Below are positions 48,560 to 50,734 of a stretch of 50,734 bases of DNA, one piece after another (the stretch's first letter is position 1; every line of letters begins with the position of its first letter). Location of the stretch: contig JAYVFV010000079.1 of the NCBI GenBank assembly GCA_043772885.1, positions 1 to 50,734 of the forward strand, written 5' to 3'. Both the position numbers and the translations under genes were made by a program. The notes beneath the pieces are model-generated. The model saw only the letters and a list, made by a program, of their open reading frames with translations, was not told the DNA's origin and searched no databases. Source of the DNA: Flavobacteriales bacterium. GTDB taxonomy: Bacteria; Bacteroidota; Bacteroidia; Flavobacteriales; Flavobacteriaceae.

Positions 48560-49305
48560 AAGCAATAACATGAAAGTCCAGGAACAATAATGCCGATTTT
48601 TTTTATCATTAAACTACAAAGAAAATCAACTTTAAGCATAGTGTTGATAATCGAAGTTTTAAATTTTCCTGCTTCCCAATTGTCGATAGATGCTTTTTTG
48701 TCTTTCTTTAATAGTTTGTCGAGTTTTCTGAAAAGTAAAAGAGTTGTGAAATAATATCCTTTATCTATTATTTTAAATTGATTTTTACTTAATAAATTGG
48801 ATAACTGCTCAAGCGTATATCTTCTGTAATGTCCTAATAAATCATCATGACTGGAAAACACCGACTGAAATGCAGGAACCGCAAAAAAATAATAATTATT
48901 CTCTTTAACGTGCAAATCATCTAAAATTACTTTCTCGTCTTCCAAGTGCTCTAATACATCCATGCATAAATACAATGTTGGTTTATCGGAAGGGAATTTA
49001 TCAAGATATTCTTTTAAGTTTTGAACATAAATAACTTTACTGTTTTGGTTATTTTCTTTCAATTGAGCAATGACTTCTGGAGTATAAGCAGTATCAATAG
49101 CATAATATTCTTTTGCTAAATTTTTCTCGACCAACGTATGAATTACATAGGCGTCTCCGCTGCCAATATCAACAATTCTCTCTATTGGAAACTTTATATT
49201 TGCTTGTTTTAAAAAGGTGTGAAGTACATTTTTTCTCGACGTCTCCCAAGGATGTCTACTATAAATACTTTTGTTATTTAATCTCGAAAATTCTGATATA
49301 TCCAT
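48547..49305 (-). CDS. Class I SAM-dependent methyltransferase
   Basis: VDIGSGD, MDVLEHL and VPAF...HD...GHYRRY motifs. Confidence 0.88.
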   Translation of the reverse strand: MDISEFSRLNNKSIYSRHPWETSRKNVLHTFLKQANIKFPIERIVDIGSGDAYVIHTLVEKNLAKEYYAIDTAYTPEVIAQLKENNQNSKVIYVQNLKEYLDKFPSDKPTLYLCMDVLEHLEDEKVILDDLHVKENNYYFFAVPAFQSVFSSHDDLLGHYRRYTLEQLSNLLSKNQFKIIDKGYYFTTLLLFRKLDKLLKKDKKASIDNWEAGKFKTSIINTMLKVDFLCSLMIKKIGIIVPGLSCYCLCKK

Positions 49306-49308
49306 ATT

Positions 49309-49436
49309 TTATGACTTCGTTTTTTGTAAACTCTCTTCCCAATCAACAACCTCAATTCCAAACAATTCTTTTATTTTACTTTTATCCAAAGTGTTGAACC
49401 TACAAAACCTGCGCCACCGGTGATTATTATTTTCAT
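49309..49436 (-). pseudogene. rfbD: Deletion scar: N-terminus of an NAD-dependent epimerase fused out of frame to the C-terminus of dTDP-4-dehydrorhamnose reductase
   Basis: ATG 49436 gives MKIIITGGAGFVGSTL; a shifted frame from 49389 gives LDKSKIKELFGIEVVDWEESLQKTKS*. Confidence 0.8.
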
Positions 49437-49472
49437 TAAATTATTATGTTTATCATTTATTTTATCTAATGG

Positions 49473-49480
49473 CAAAAATA
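49473..49480 (-). promoter_or_regulatory. -7 promoter element TATTTTTG upstream of the scar and methyltransferase
   Basis: CAAAAATA on the + strand. Confidence 0.55.
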
Positions 49481-49499
49481 GTTTTTTATTGTATTTAAA

Positions 49500-50734
49500 T
49501 TAATTTATTCTATACCAATTAATCCCGTCTGACACAATTGAAATTGACCCTATAGTTGGTGTTAATGTAAAAGCTGTAGCTGTTGAGGCATTAAAATCTA
49601 TTATTGTATTAATTATTAAGTTTGATGTTGTTACTGTGCCAGTTGATGTATTTCTAAATACATAGGTGGTTCCAATTGGTACGGCAGATGCTGAAGGTAT
49701 ATTATAAGTGCCAGCGGGTTTTAATATCGTTGTAGTGCTTCCTGCTATTGTTGTAGTTGTTCCCGATGAAAATAAGTTTTCTCTATTGGTTGATATTAAT
49801 TGCCAACTGTCTGTATAGTTTATACTGTTTGAAGTTATTGGCAATCCTGTCCTCATAAATGTTGCGGTTTCATTAGGGTCTAGTACAATTGAACCTACTG
49901 TTGATAAAATTAAATTTTTAGAGCTATCAAATTTTATAGTATTAGCTGCTTTTATAGTTAGGGTTTCCCCTGGGTTCAAATTAGATTGAAATTGATTAAC
50001 AATTGTATTAGGTGTTGTTGAGGTAACATATATATAACTATTACTAGAGCTATCAATAGTACTTCCCGTAAAACTAAAACTGGATGTAGAATTAACTTTA
50101 TCTACAGAAAGCAATTGATAAACACATTTTTCATTACCATTTGCTCCATCTAATTTGATAAATGTAGCGATTTGACCATTAGTTAATGTTAATGAGTTTC
50201 GACCATTCATATAAATGTTTTTTCCAGTAGTTTCTCCTGCTGGATTCCAAGACCAAAATGTTATTGTTCCTTGATGTGCTCTAATTGAGATAGTTTCTCC
50301 TGCCGCAATAGTAGAATTAATTCTGAAAATTTGATTTATTGTTGGAGCTGTAACTAAAACAGCCTTTTTCCCATCTGTATTTATTCCTGGAATAGTGAAG
50401 TTTGTGGGATAATAATTAGTGTCAACATTTTGTATAGTTACTTCTTGAGTTATACCATAAGATTCGCTTAATCGTATATCTTGAAAAGAATTATTTCTTG
50501 CGTTTATCGTATTAGTATTACCTATTCCTAAAATAAATTTTTCCCGATCATCTGGATTTAATAAACTATTAATTTCCGATACTAGTGTGTGATTATTTTC
50601 AATATTTACAAAAGAATTTTCAACCGTAATACAACTACCACTACCTTGTGGCAAAGTAGAACCTAGTAAAGAACCCCGCCCTGCGGCATTTGCAAAGCGA
50701 CTATTTTGAATGTTTATAGCAGAGGAATTTTTTA
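49500..50734 (-). CDS. Thr/Asn/Ser-rich tailspike-like protein, C-terminal part (5' end outside the window)
   Basis: Frame stays open to the window edge (KNSSAINIQNSRFANAAG...); beta-helix-like segment, two internal repeats, terminal SDGINWY domain. Confidence 0.6.
   Translation of the reverse strand, partial: KNSSAINIQNSRFANAAGRGSLLGSTLPQGSGSCITVENSFVNIENNHTLVSEINSLLNPDDREKFILGIGNTNTINARNNSFQDIRLSESYGITQEVTIQNVDTNYYPTNFTIPGINTDGKKAVLVTAPTINQIFRINSTIAAGETISIRAHQGTITFWSWNPAGETTGKNIYMNGRNSLTLTNGQIATFIKLDGANGNEKCVYQLLSVDKVNSTSSFSFTGSTIDSSSNSYIYVTSTTPNTIVNQFQSNLNPGETLTIKAANTIKFDSSKNLILSTVGSIVLDPNETATFMRTGLPITSNSINYTDSWQLISTNRENLFSSGTTTTIAGSTTTILKPAGTYNIPSASAVPIGTTYVFRNTSTGTVTTSNLIINTIIDFNASTATAFTLTPTIGSISIVSDGINWYRIN

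Noticed and set aside
1539-49397. Many 60-130 aa ORFs antisense to or nested in long genes (e.g. 2284, 7325, 10191, 13216, 16081, 22082, 31109, 40221, 42535, 45135, 49113)
   Set aside because: Shadow frames of well-supported genes, with no recognisable motifs.

Overview
AT-rich chromosomal window, most likely from a Flavobacterium-like member of Bacteroidota: it has TAnnTTTG promoters, type IX secretion (T9SS) cargo proteins, sprE and a split atp operon. Bases 1-30 kb are mostly core genes: dprA, an HU-like/SPOR protein, a flippase-dut-nucleotidyltransferase-TPR-DUF4292-EnvC cluster, sprE-bactofilin-atpBEFHAG, upp and purD. Bases 31.7-50.7 kb are a surface-glycan locus. No rRNA, tRNA, CRISPR array or transposase was seen. 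The most notable observations are: (1) a candidate extracytoplasmic glycan-tailoring module (methyltransferase, polyprenyl-phosphate GT2, GT-C-like membrane protein, two paralogous lipoproteins) next to a tailspike-like protein; (2) a 128-bp deletion scar joining an epimerase N-terminus to an RmlD C-terminus, missed by the ORF track; (3) two copies of a Flavo-1-like structured RNA scaffold, each with a GTCATTGCGAG-type REP in the same stem; (4) 7/8-nt periodic arrays at four intra-operon junctions; (5) a Pro-to-Arg change in a near-invariant AtpA motif. Family names come from motif recognition and memory, not from database searches.
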